DNA from: a virus | Taxonomy: Duplodnaviria; Caudoviricetes | Direction: 5' to 3' (one strand) | IMG/VR virus record: IMGVR_UViG_3300043468_001158 | DNA: 64,000 bases | In this document: piece by piece, positions 1 to 8,913 of the stretch | Position numbering within the stretch: position 1 is the stretch's first letter | Layout of the letters: every line of letters starts with the position of its first letter | The notes under the pieces: generated by a model | What the model was told of the DNA's origin: nothing | The model's database searches: none | What the model saw: only the letters and a program-made list of their open reading frames with translations | Position numbers and translations under genes: made by a program

Positions 1-1
1 A

Positions 2-1492
2 TTGTCTCCACTCACAACTAAAGGTGATATACTTGCCCATACTGGTGCGAACAATGTTAGACAGCCTGTTGGAACTAATGGCTACTTCTTGATGTCTGAC
101 GATACCTCAGTGACAGGGCTATCTTATCAACCGGTGATTACGACTGATAGATTTACGAAGATTACTGCAAATGATACTACTTCAGACTATCTTGCATCTA
201 AAGTAGTAGCCGGTTCTGGCATTTCGCTAACAGTCAATAACTCAGGAGCTAACGAAACTCTAACGATTGCAAGTACAATGACATCTGCTGACCAAGCAGT
301 CTGTCAAGTTGCTAACACTGCCACAAGCTCGATTACCACTACTTTTGCAAACGTTACTTGGCAAACTCAACATATTGAGAATAACGCATCAGTTATCGTA
401 TGGGCATCAGGAGCTCCAGTCACAGTTGGACAAACTGGTCTTTATGAACTTGGTTATAGCATTCCAATAGTTTCAAGAAATGCTACACGTACTATCAGTG
501 TTCAAATGTTGAAGAATGGAACCACTGTTCTAAATGGTTCTACCTCAGCATTTACTTTTGCATCAAATACAACAGGTTCTTTAGAGAATGTGTTTGCGGC
601 TGACTTAGTATCAGGTGACTTTATCACGGTTCAAGTAAGAACTTCAACTGGAACAGACACTCTTGCAATTGGAGCTTGTCTAACAGTGACCCGTCTTTCA
701 GGTGCTACTGGCCCTGTTGGTCCGCAAGGTATTCAAGGTATTCAAGGTGAAGTTGGTCCTCAAGGTCCTCAAGGTGTTTCTGGCCCAATGGGTCCTGCGG
801 GTTCAGGAAGTTCTATCAATCTTCAAGATGAAGGTGTGATTGTATCAGGTGGTCCATTTACTCAATTGAACTTTACTGGTCCATTGGTAAGTGCAACTAA
901 TGCTGGTTCAGGTGTTGGTCAAATCAACGTGAATGCTAATGTTGATGCTCTTTCTGATGTAACTATTACTTCACCACAACATGGTCAATTACTTGTCTAT
1001 AATTCAGTGACATCTAATTGGGAAAATGCATTCTTGACGGTTCTTTCGCCAGTCGGAAAAACCTTTACGTTAGACTTTGGAAGTCAAGCTAATGCAGGTA
1101 CTAACATTTGGCTTGGGTGCGACGACGTTATCGTTCCTTCAAATGCAACACCGCATATTATGCCATGGGATTGTCAATTAGTTGGACTTACTTTCTCTAA
1201 TACTGTCGCAAACTCAGGTTGTGATATTGAGCTTCGTAAAGTTGCATGGAATGCTGGAAATCAAACTTCAACATTACAACTTACTGTTCCACTTCGTAAT
1301 GCAAGAGCAGCAAGAAAGACAACATTTACTTCACCTATCACTTTTGCCGCTGGCGACCATGTTGGTATCTACTTACGAAGTGTTGCAGGTCAAACTAATC
1401 CATCTGCGTGCTTTGCAGTATTACACTTTATGATTACTTCAGATACTCAAGAAGATGTAACTGAAACTTGGACTGGTAATATGAGTTCATAA
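2..1492 (+). CDS. Fibre/whisker-like virion protein with collagen-like repeat (probably 5'-truncated by the window edge)
   Basis: Open from base 2. It has 12 Gly-X-Y triplets (GATGPVGPQGIQ..., 701-808), Thr/Ser-rich beta segments and an LSDVTITSP..QLLVYN...W motif shared with the 1944-aa fibre. Confidence 0.75.
   Translation: MSPLTTKGDILAHTGANNVRQPVGTNGYFLMSDDTSVTGLSYQPVITTDRFTKITANDTTSDYLASKVVAGSGISLTVNNSGANETLTIASTMTSADQAVCQVANTATSSITTTFANVTWQTQHIENNASVIVWASGAPVTVGQTGLYELGYSIPIVSRNATRTISVQMLKNGTTVLNGSTSAFTFASNTTGSLENVFAADLVSGDFITVQVRTSTGTDTLAIGACLTVTRLSGATGPVGPQGIQGIQGEVGPQGPQGVSGPMGPAGSGSSINLQDEGVIVSGGPFTQLNFTGPLVSATNAGSGVGQINVNANVDALSDVTITSPQHGQLLVYNSVTSNWENAFLTVLSPVGKTFTLDFGSQANAGTNIWLGCDDVIVPSNATPHIMPWDCQLVGLTFSNTVANSGCDIELRKVAWNAGNQTSTLQLTVPLRNARAARKTTFTSPITFAAGDHVGIYLRSVAGQTNPSACFAVLHFMITSDTQEDVTETWTGNMSS
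701..808 (+). repeat. Collagen-like (Gly-X-Y)12 coding repeat
   Basis: GAT GPV GPQ GIQ GIQ GEV GPQ GPQ GVS GPM GPA GSG. Confidence 0.9.
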
Positions 1493-1495
1493 ATA
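1488..1495 (+). promoter_or_regulatory. T4-type late promoter motif (CATAAATA)
   Basis: 30 bp upstream of the ATG at 1525. Confidence 0.5.
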
Positions 1496-1524
1496 GACTA
1501 AACCTTTAGGAAACAATTAAGAAC

Positions 1525-2463
1525 ATGGCAACACAAATTATCAAACTCAAAAACAATACACAACGTATCTTATCTTTTGCTGGTAAGGATTTACAAGTGG
1601 GTGAAGAACTTGATGTCACTCCATCAATACAATCGTATTACAAAGAAGATACTGAGCTCTTTGATATGATAGGCTGTTTTGATATTATTGTCAATGATGG
1701 TATCAAAGACCTTAATCCGACTGAAGGTTGGAAATGGATACTTGGCAATGGTGGATTTCCAATGTCAGAAGTTGGTAACAAAGTTTGGGTGCATTCATCA
1801 GCTAAACCCGTTATTGATGGCAAGATGTTTTACAGCCAATGGATAGGAGCTGGAGATGATGAGCAAAATGGATTACTTGGACAAGGTCCTATAGCCGCTA
1901 TTCAAAACACTCCAGGTACTCCGCGTTCTCATGTAGATTTATTGTTTGATAGTAATTTCGGAGATACTTATGTTCATGAAGGATATGCAATGTGGCAAGA
2001 TGCAAAAATTGGTGATTATGTCAATGCTTTGATTTGTGCAGAAGGTTGTCATTTACAACAAGTTCAAGATTTAGATTTAGTCATTGACGAAGACGGTTAC
2101 ATTACATATTCGACTGGAGGACCTGGAACTGGAACGCATGGGTTTGCATCAGCACCTTATTTGCTTCCGAGAACTTTTAGCAAAGATGGCGATTGGGATT
2201 ATGATGAAACTAATGGGTTACGTCCTAATTTTACTAAGACAGGTGGGTATAAGATGTCTGTCAATGAATCGATAATCCACCGGTTCATTAATAGAATGCC
2301 AGTGCTTGGAACCAATGGTCATCCAGTTCGTTTAGCATCCGAAGATACATTCAAACTTCCTCATGGATACTTCTTACGATTGGAATGCGTGAACGTTTCA
2401 GATAGCACATGGGCAGCCGCATTCTTTATTACTGTTTATCGCGAAAGAACTTATAAGCCATAA
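1525..2463 (+). CDS. Hypothetical protein, probably virion-associated
   Basis: 312-aa ORF directly after the fibre gene and a late motif. No family recognised. Confidence 0.6.
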   Translation: MATQIIKLKNNTQRILSFAGKDLQVGEELDVTPSIQSYYKEDTELFDMIGCFDIIVNDGIKDLNPTEGWKWILGNGGFPMSEVGNKVWVHSSAKPVIDGKMFYSQWIGAGDDEQNGLLGQGPIAAIQNTPGTPRSHVDLLFDSNFGDTYVHEGYAMWQDAKIGDYVNALICAEGCHLQQVQDLDLVIDEDGYITYSTGGPGTGTHGFASAPYLLPRTFSKDGDWDYDETNGLRPNFTKTGGYKMSVNESIIHRFINRMPVLGTNGHPVRLASEDTFKLPHGYFLRLECVNVSDSTWAAAFFITVYRERTYKP

Positions 2464-2466
2464 TAA

Positions 2467-2835
2467 ATGTCTATCAATTCTTGTTCAATCAATGCTTTCA
2501 CAATCAATGGCCTGGCTTGCAGGAGAAGATTTGGTAACCCAATTCCACCGCAACCTGTTACTGGCGGTGGGAATGTTCAGCATTATCGTTATCAAAACTG
2601 GTTTGGAAGACCTGATGATGATGATGAAGAACAAGAAGATACTCTTCAGAACTTAGAAGGATTCAACATTTCCGTTTCGGTTACAATGAATGGACAAACT
2701 TTTAGCCAAACTATTGAGAATAATCCAGCTAATAATGTTGTACCAATGATTGCATTGACTAATCTACAATTTGAACAAACAATACCTAATATCAAACTAA
2801 ACAATCTAAAACTAAGAAGGGAACGTAAAGAATGA
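2467..2835 (+). CDS. Hypothetical protein
   Basis: 122-aa ORF tightly coupled to its neighbours, with an acidic DDDDEEQED tract. Confidence 0.55.
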   Translation: MSINSCSINAFTINGLACRRRFGNPIPPQPVTGGGNVQHYRYQNWFGRPDDDDEEQEDTLQNLEGFNISVSVTMNGQTFSQTIENNPANNVVPMIALTNLQFEQTIPNIKLNNLKLRRERKE

Positions 2836-3554
2836 ATGTCGCCTCTAATAACATAGAACTTGGTGAAGATTTCAAAGTCTCATTTGGTCTAAGCATTGCT
2901 GGAACATCAGCAACTCCAAGTGAAGTGCGAGTATTCTTATCTTGCTGTGAATCCATTAGACTTTGCAGTATCGCTACATTGAATAGTGGTTCGAATGAAT
3001 ATGAAACTTCTATTCCCATTTTGACAAGTCTGTTTAGTGGTAAGACTTCTGCAAAGCTATCAATTGAAGTTGTACTGAATGGTAAAGTGATTACTCCATA
3101 TTCGCAAACGATTGATTTGAATTCACCATCAGTTGAAGTGACGTCTGATACTCCTCCTTCTGATAATGCTATTAGAACTGATACATCAAACTTCATTACT
3201 CAAGATGAATTACGTCAAGCTGCTCAACGTTATGTTGAACAACCTAAGCCGCCTAGTTCAATCTTTTCGTTTGAAGACCTTATTCAATTAGATAAAGAGG
3301 AAAAAGTTATTGAGGAAAAAGCTACACCTACTCCTAAAAAGCAAATCCAATTTACTAAGCCTGTTCGTCAAGAACGTAAAGCACCAGCACCATCAATTGA
3401 CTTAGAGACTTTAGTGAATGTAGCCGAAGCTAAATTGAATGAAACTAAACCAAAAGTCAAACAAAGTGTTACAATAGACAAACCAATCAAAATAGTGAAG
3501 GAGCAAACTTCGTCACTGTTCAAACTTTCAAAAACTAAAATAGTAGAGAGATAA
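2832..3554 (+). CDS. Hypothetical protein (beta-rich N-terminus, Lys/Pro-rich low-complexity tail)
   Basis: 240-aa ORF with an ATGA overlap with the upstream gene. Confidence 0.6.
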   Translation: MNVASNNIELGEDFKVSFGLSIAGTSATPSEVRVFLSCCESIRLCSIATLNSGSNEYETSIPILTSLFSGKTSAKLSIEVVLNGKVITPYSQTIDLNSPSVEVTSDTPPSDNAIRTDTSNFITQDELRQAAQRYVEQPKPPSSIFSFEDLIQLDKEEKVIEEKATPTPKKQIQFTKPVRQERKAPAPSIDLETLVNVAEAKLNETKPKVKQSVTIDKPIKIVKEQTSSLFKLSKTKIVER

Positions 3555-3562
3555 TACCATAT

Positions 3563-3751
3563 ATGAGAAGTTATAGCGATAACGCAATATCTAAAGAACA
3601 ATTTGAAGCACTTGAAAATGTAGCTGCTACAACATTTTCTAACCAAGAATACGTCAAACGTAAAGCCAGAATAGCGGTTGTTCTTGCATATGCTTCAGTC
3701 ATTCTGGCTTCAATCAGCTTAGGCATTTCAATTTACAGCGTATTCAACTAA
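3563..3751 (+). CDS. Small membrane protein
   Basis: C-terminal hydrophobic helix IAVVLAYASVILASISLGISIYSVF. Confidence 0.5.
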   Translation: MRSYSDNAISKEQFEALENVAATTFSNQEYVKRKARIAVVLAYASVILASISLGISIYSVFN

Positions 3752-3752
3752 T

Positions 3753-3959
3753 ATGTCTAATCAATCATCACTCTTACAACGTTCATATTCTGAAGAAGAT
3801 TTAGAAAAACTAAAACACCTTATGTCATTTAGAACTTATGAGTTCTCGAAAGAAGATGAACCTTTTTCACGTGACTATTCAAACAATAAAGGTCGATTGC
3901 AAAGACAAGAAGCTTATCAAGCCTTCAAGACAAAGTTGAATGAAATGTGTGACGAATAG
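3753..3959 (+). CDS. Hypothetical protein
   Basis: 68-aa ORF in an operon-like tiling. Confidence 0.5.
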   Translation: MSNQSSLLQRSYSEEDLEKLKHLMSFRTYEFSKEDEPFSRDYSNNKGRLQRQEAYQAFKTKLNEMCDE

Positions 3960-3992
3960 TCAAATCTGATACCCACTTCACAAAAATAACCG

Positions 3993-4020
3993 TTTACATC
4001 TGACATTGATGTTGTATAAT
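3993..4020 (+). promoter_or_regulatory. Early sigma70-type promoter
   Basis: TTTACA-N16-TATAAT, followed by AGACACATGTTCAAACAAA and preceded by CTTCACAAAAAT (near-identical context at 10876-10948). Confidence 0.8.
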
Positions 4021-4049
4021 AGACACATGTTCAAACAAATGTAGAGTGA

Positions 4050-4232
4050 ATGAAGATGAACGCACAACACCTATTGAACTTCCTACTTGCCGCTGCTAAT
4101 GCAGGTGTCAATCTTCGTGAATTTGAAGTTATGACTCGTTCAACTACTTATGATGGTTTAGGTCAAGGTGAAGACCTTGAAACCTATCCAGAACAAGTTG
4201 AACTTGATGAAGACTATTTGGTTTTTAGATAA
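4050..4232 (+). CDS. Hypothetical protein
   Basis: First ORF after the early promoter. Confidence 0.5.
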   Translation: MKMNAQHLLNFLLAAANAGVNLREFEVMTRSTTYDGLGQGEDLETYPEQVELDEDYLVFR

Positions 4233-4495
4233 TGGTAGCTTCAGGGTTTGGGTTTAGATTTGAAGGAACAGTAGTCACCAATGAAAAGACTGGTGATAGT
4301 GTTCAAGTAGGACGAACCTTTTCCCGTTCAAACCATAAACAAAAAGAACTAGCAATCAAAATCCTTCGTGCTCGTCAATGGGCACGAGAAAACGGTTATG
4401 GACCATCTGAAGAAATCGTAGCAAACTATGAAAACCCAGATGATGAACCATTTCCACACCACCAACCCGATTATAGAGATAGGCCTTTGCCATGA
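4232..4495 (+). CDS. Hypothetical protein
   Basis: 87-aa ORF whose stop overlaps the RNA ligase start. Confidence 0.55.
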   Translation: MVASGFGFRFEGTVVTNEKTGDSVQVGRTFSRSNHKQKELAIKILRARQWARENGYGPSEEIVANYENPDDEPFPHHQPDYRDRPLP

Positions 4496-5595
4496 CGATG
4501 ATGCACTTTCCAATTATCACTCACATTGATGAACTACGAGAAAAAGTAGAACACTTACCTGAAATCCGCTTTGCATTACAAGAAAATGGCACTACTGTTG
4601 TTTGTGCTATGATTTCTGACAGTGATACTTATTCTGGCGATGCTGGTCCTTGGGCTCGTGAATGCCGTGGTATCGTTTTTGATGCACGAGGCAAATTGAT
4701 TGCTCGTCCAATTCACAAGTTCTTCAATGTTGGCGAACGTCCTGACACTCATCATCAAGTATTGCCTTGGAATGCTACAGTTCGCAAAATGGACAAACGT
4801 GATGGTTCTGTCATCAATCCTGTTATCGTGAATGGCGCGATGAAGTTCAAATCCAAGAAGTCATTTACTTCTGAGCGAGCAGTCCAAGCTGAACAATTTG
4901 CATCACTAAACGACAGAAGATTTAGCTGGGAAATGTTATCAAATGGCTTTACGCCAACATTTGAATTGACTTCTCCTTATGCTCGTATTGTCATGAAGTA
5001 TCCTACTAGCAAATTGACTTTGTTACATGTTCGTGAAAATACTACTGGTCGATACTTAGACAAAATGAGCTTGATGACTTTAGCTGAAGAGTTTCAAATT
5101 GACTTAGTCAGTGAATACTCTCCAACAAATTGGACTTGGGCTGAAGACAAAGCTTATCTTGAATCTGTTGAAGGTATTGAAGGCTATGTGTATCAGTTTG
5201 AAAATGGAGACATGGTCAAAGCAAAGTCTAAATGGTATCTTGACCGTCATCATGCAATGACTGCACTAACTTATCGCAATGTAGCAGAGCTGGTTGTTGC
5301 TGAAGGTATTGACGATTTGAAGTCTCACATTGTAGAAATGGGCGAACCTGATTTGCTTGAAAAGATTGAACATATCGAACATGAAATCACTCGTCAAGTT
5401 TCTGAAATGGCTGACTTTGTAGAAACGATTGTTCGAAATGAACGTCATCTTGAACGTAAAGAGTTTGCTATGAAGTTCAAAGAACTACCTGGCTTTGGAT
5501 TACTTATGAAAGCTTATGAAGGCAAAGAACCTAACTACTTAGAGTTCTATGCCCGTCATCATTTGAAAAATGATTGGGAAGTGTTAACTCTTTAA
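4492..5595 (+). CDS. rnlA: RNA ligase 1 (T4 RnlA family)
   Basis: ECRGIVFD, HKFFNVGE, motif I KRDGS, FELTSP..RIV..Y, EG.EGYV and KAKS.WY match Rnl1 motifs. Confidence 0.85.
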   Translation: MTMMHFPIITHIDELREKVEHLPEIRFALQENGTTVVCAMISDSDTYSGDAGPWARECRGIVFDARGKLIARPIHKFFNVGERPDTHHQVLPWNATVRKMDKRDGSVINPVIVNGAMKFKSKKSFTSERAVQAEQFASLNDRRFSWEMLSNGFTPTFELTSPYARIVMKYPTSKLTLLHVRENTTGRYLDKMSLMTLAEEFQIDLVSEYSPTNWTWAEDKAYLESVEGIEGYVYQFENGDMVKAKSKWYLDRHHAMTALTYRNVAELVVAEGIDDLKSHIVEMGEPDLLEKIEHIEHEITRQVSEMADFVETIVRNERHLERKEFAMKFKELPGFGLLMKAYEGKEPNYLEFYARHHLKNDWEVLTL

Positions 5596-6353
5596 TTTTC
5601 TACTGATAAGCTGGCGTCATCTAGATTTTTGACATAGTTGTCTAACTTATCAAGAAATCCATTATTACGAATAGTTTTCCATGCAAGATTTTCAACACTA
5701 AACTCGCCCGAGTTTTTCTCAAGACCGCTCTGACGTAATCGTTTGATGCGGTCTTTTAGTATCTGCACACTATCACGGTCAGTTACTTTATCATCTATCA
5801 ATGAAGTAATTTGGTCCATGATTTCACCCGCTTTAGACTTTACTGAAGTATCATCATATGTCGGTGGAACCGGATTACCAAACGATGGTTGCTTTATCCA
5901 CTTTTTCTTTCTAACACTGTAAATGCCAGCAGCAACAAGTTTATCGCCTTCAGGTTGTGCGTATAGTTCTACTGGATAACCATGAATTTTGATATCATGA
6001 TCTTTATTCCACAAGTTCTTCTTAGCTTTGAAGCAATCTTCTATGAAACTTCCAGGACAATCTGGACATGCTTTCTTTTCATTGACTATCAAATGCAAAT
6101 CAATGTCTGAAAGTTTTGAATAGTTGAAAGAACAATTCGAACCAGTGATAATGATATCTGATACTGAACTTGATGGGATTGACAAGAATTCGATAAACTC
6201 TTGAGCAATTCTTTCAAGTGCTTCTGCAACTCGTTCATTAAGTTTATTCTGTTCCCATAACTTTGGGTTCAATGTATCATGATATTCAAGATGTGTTTTA
6301 ATTTTAGCATAATCTTGCTTTTCATGAAGATATTGTTTGAAAGAAGTTCCCAC
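5592..6353 (-). CDS. Pol-beta superfamily nucleotidyltransferase
   Basis: IIITGSNCSFNYSKLSDIDLHL (GS..DxD) plus a third acidic strand PVELY. N-terminus MGTSFKQYLHE. Confidence 0.75.
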   Translation of the reverse strand: MGTSFKQYLHEKQDYAKIKTHLEYHDTLNPKLWEQNKLNERVAEALERIAQEFIEFLSIPSSSVSDIIITGSNCSFNYSKLSDIDLHLIVNEKKACPDCPGSFIEDCFKAKKNLWNKDHDIKIHGYPVELYAQPEGDKLVAAGIYSVRKKKWIKQPSFGNPVPPTYDDTSVKSKAGEIMDQITSLIDDKVTDRDSVQILKDRIKRLRQSGLEKNSGEFSVENLAWKTIRNNGFLDKLDNYVKNLDDASLSVEN

Positions 6354-6397
6354 TTGTATTAGTTCTCCACATTGAACATTACTTATAATAGTAATGC

Positions 6398-6405
6398 TAT
6401 TTATA
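6398..6405 (-). promoter_or_regulatory. T4-type late promoter motif (TATAAATA)
   Basis: 45 bp upstream of the nucleotidyltransferase start. Confidence 0.6.
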
Positions 6406-6416
6406 CTATAACTAAT

Positions 6417-6671
6417 TTAGAAATATGAAATCTCATTTGGAACTAATTTAGATTGAATCAATTCATCAAGTTTCTCGATAGCCTCAACAAACTGTTTTGC
6501 TCCAATGTTCCCCTTACTATGAAGGAATTCCCATCTATCATATAAGATGTTCTTTTGTGCAATCAAGTCATCTATTGATAACTCAGGCCACTGTTCGCGA
6601 GGAATGATTGACTTCTTCTCTTGTGTAATGTCAAGTACATCAGGAGGTTGTTGATTTAATAAAGTGTTCAT
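6417..6671 (-). CDS. Hypothetical protein
   Basis: 84-aa ORF with a late motif upstream. Confidence 0.55.
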   Translation of the reverse strand: MNTLLNQQPPDVLDITQEKKSIIPREQWPELSIDDLIAQKNILYDRWEFLHSKGNIGAKQFVEAIEKLDELIQSKLVPNEISYF

Positions 6672-6700
6672 ATGATTATGTAAAGTGTGTAATAATAAAA

Positions 6701-6708
6701 TATTTATG
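6701..6708 (-). promoter_or_regulatory. T4-type late promoter motif (CATAAATA)
   Basis: 30 bp upstream of the ATG at 6671. Confidence 0.5.
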
Positions 6709-6738
6709 AACTACATAAAAGAAGACTATCATCTACAT

Positions 6739-6786
6739 GGGAGAGAAATCTGCATATATATAATACCCTTAGTCTGTCAGTTTTTT
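6739..6786 (+). repeat. Dispersed non-coding repeat, block A (inverted copy at 57749-57795)
   Basis: GGGAGAGA...ATACCCTTAGTCTGTCAGTTTTT matches the reverse complement of 57749-57795. Confidence 0.9.
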
Positions 6787-6941
6787 CTTCCACATAAATG
6801 TCATAAAAATGACATATTTTAGTATTTCCTCCACATAAGAAAAACATTGTTCAATTAATTTTATAAGTTTTTGAAGAAATCATCATTTTTCTTCAAAAAT
6901 TGCCGAGTGATTAGTCATGGAAAATGATGCATTTGAAAAAC

Positions 6942-7019
6942 AGTATATAAATCAATAAGTTACGAAGATAATGATAAATAAAAACAGTAATAAAATCAAC
7001 TACTTAGAAAAAGACAAAC
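6942..7019 (+). repeat. Dispersed non-coding repeat, block B, with two IHF-consensus sites (inverted copy at 57834-57911)
   Basis: 73/78 identical to the reverse complement of 57834-57911. AATCAATAAGTTA (6950-6962) and AATCAACTACTTA (6994-7006) fit WATCAANNNNTTR. Confidence 0.95.
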
Positions 7020-7056
7020 TTCTGGTTTGTCTAAATATCTACATGTCAAAACACCA

Positions 7057-7085
7057 TTTACATTGCTACATACATAGAGTATAAT
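7057..7085 (+). promoter_or_regulatory. Early sigma70-type promoter
   Basis: TTTACA-N17-TATAAT (AGAGTATAAT), upstream of the RBS GAGGA and ATG 7116. Confidence 0.8.
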
Positions 7086-7115
7086 TACTTCAATCAATTT
7101 ACATAGAGGATTTTT

Positions 7116-7424
7116 ATGAGTCAAAAAACAGTCTTAGTTCTAAAGTTAGCGAATGGTGATGAAGTTGTTGGCCAACATATCAATGGTCCGCAAGATGTTA
7201 TAACACTTAGACGTCCGTTACGATTGGCACTTGTTCGTGACCCATCAACTGGGCAACCTGGTAAAGCACTGATGGAATGGATAATGTTAGCTCCTGAAAC
7301 TGAAGAAGTGAGTGTGTATGTGAACCAATTGCTTGTTGCACCAATACGAGCTTCTAAAGAACTTGCTGATACTTGGTTGGAACAAACATCAGGTTTCATA
7401 TTGACAACCCAATTGAATGGATAA
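7116..7424 (+). CDS. Putative Sm/LSm-like fold protein
   Basis: VLKLANGDEVVG...ITLRRPL...LMEWI pattern resembles the Sm-like proteins of T4-like myoviruses (from memory, unverified). Confidence 0.5.
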   Translation: MSQKTVLVLKLANGDEVVGQHINGPQDVITLRRPLRLALVRDPSTGQPGKALMEWIMLAPETEEVSVYVNQLLVAPIRASKELADTWLEQTSGFILTTQLNG

Positions 7425-7426
7425 TC

Positions 7427-7738
7427 ATGTCAAGCCATGACGATGAAGTTTGTTCAATTTGCGGAAGACTTCTTGGGGATGTGATGGTAGATGAACATCA
7501 TCTAATTCCCAAGACTTTCAAAGGTAAAGAAACAATAACACTTCATAAAGTGTGTCATCGAATGATACATGCTACTTTTTCTGAAAGAGAACTTCAAAAG
7601 TACTATCATACAATTGAACGACTTCTTTCAGATGAAAAGATGCAGCGATTTGTTGAATGGGTAAAGAAAAAGCCGTTAGACTTCTACATAAGTATCGATG
7701 ATACTGTTGAACGTAAATCAAAAAGACGAGGAAAATAA
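7427..7738 (+). CDS. Small HNH endonuclease-like protein
   Basis: CSICGR..DEHHLIPK..G..TI.LH..CHRMIH motif. Start moved to ATG 7427. Confidence 0.7.
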   Translation: MSSHDDEVCSICGRLLGDVMVDEHHLIPKTFKGKETITLHKVCHRMIHATFSERELQKYYHTIERLLSDEKMQRFVEWVKKKPLDFYISIDDTVERKSKRRGK

Positions 7739-7739
7739 A

Positions 7740-8534
7740 ATGGGTGCAATAAAAGGTAAAATCTATAGACCAGCATTAATTGCGGTTCCAAATATTTTGA
7801 CTAGACTCAATGATGATTATCGAGAGCATTGGCCATATAAGATAATTCAAATTGGTCAGGCAAATGTTTATAGTACTCGCCGCGACATATTCTTGAGTAA
7901 GAATATGGATATGATAGGTTTTTCATTTGCGAATGATTCGCATATTTTTGTATATGATAAAAAATCATCTGATGGTAGAGTTGAAATTACAGTAAACAGC
8001 CTAAAATATGTTATCTTTCCTAAGCAATTAGAAAAAGATACTACGTCGGAAACTAAAAGAATCCTTGACCAAGGAATGTCGAGATTTATTCATACTACTT
8101 ATTTGGATTTAGAACAAATCCAAGCACAGACTTCTGTTGAACTGAAGGCAGGTAAATTGTCATTTTCATTAGAAGTCGGTAAAGAATATCAAACTGCTAA
8201 TAACGGTCGTGTCAAACTAATTGCTTTTGAAGATAAAAGCGATTTTGCTACAGAACCAATGTTTATTGGCCTGATAAAACGAAATGATGGAGAACCCACA
8301 AATGTTGCGTATAGATGTGATATCAATGGAAAAACTTTATCTCATGGCGGTAATAGTCATTATGATATTGTTGAACCAAAACGAAGATATAGAGTCTATA
8401 CTTATGCATGGTTAGGATTAGAATCTAAAAAAGTCTATACTTCAAGTGTGATTGATTCAGATGTAATTCCACGTTTTCTTGAAGATAACCCAAGAGTAAA
8501 GTATGAAGTTTCAATTGGGACATTCGAGCTCTAA
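7740..8534 (+). CDS. Hypothetical protein (C-terminal domain paralogous to 11517-12233)
   Basis: Shared motif EY...NG.R.K...F.G...G..LSHG...YDIV. Start moved to ATG 7740. Confidence 0.6.
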   Translation: MGAIKGKIYRPALIAVPNILTRLNDDYREHWPYKIIQIGQANVYSTRRDIFLSKNMDMIGFSFANDSHIFVYDKKSSDGRVEITVNSLKYVIFPKQLEKDTTSETKRILDQGMSRFIHTTYLDLEQIQAQTSVELKAGKLSFSLEVGKEYQTANNGRVKLIAFEDKSDFATEPMFIGLIKRNDGEPTNVAYRCDINGKTLSHGGNSHYDIVEPKRRYRVYTYAWLGLESKKVYTSSVIDSDVIPRFLEDNPRVKYEVSIGTFEL

Positions 8535-8538
8535 TCAT

Positions 8539-8796
8539 ATGTCATCTTTTGACGAAATCTTTCAAAATGCTTCTGAAGATAGAGCAGCATATGCAGTGTT
8601 TGCGGTTCAACGATTAGTTCTATTGAACCACTATCTTGCTCAATATGCAAATATTGGCGTCAAATTTTACTGTGATATGACTAACGATGAAGAATGTCAA
8701 TTCTTTATGAATGTTCTGATATATATGCACCAAGAAAAAGTGATGGACTTATCTGACATTCTCCCCTTTATTGACCCAGAAATTTTCTATAAATAG
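8539..8796 (+). CDS. Hypothetical protein
   Basis: In-frame ATG 5 bp after the previous stop. Confidence 0.5.
   Translation: MSSFDEIFQNASEDRAAYAVFAVQRLVLLNHYLAQYANIGVKFYCDMTNDEECQFFMNVLIYMHQEKVMDLSDILPFIDPEIFYK
8788..8795 (+). promoter_or_regulatory. T4-type late promoter motif (TATAAATA)
   Basis: Upstream of the hsp20 leader. Confidence 0.55.
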
Positions 8797-8913
8797 ATTT
8801 GATAGAACATTGAACAAGGGTTCTTTATTCTGTCAATCACTTAGCTTCTGACTATTGTAGTAGAAGCGAATTTTTAGAAATATCTCAAACGCTTATTATA
8901 AGGAGAGAGAATT

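Noticed and set aside
6789-6838. DnaA boxes
   Set aside because: TCTTCCACA and TCCTCCACA miss the TTWTNCACA consensus by 1-2 bases. They are kept only as an unassigned direct repeat.
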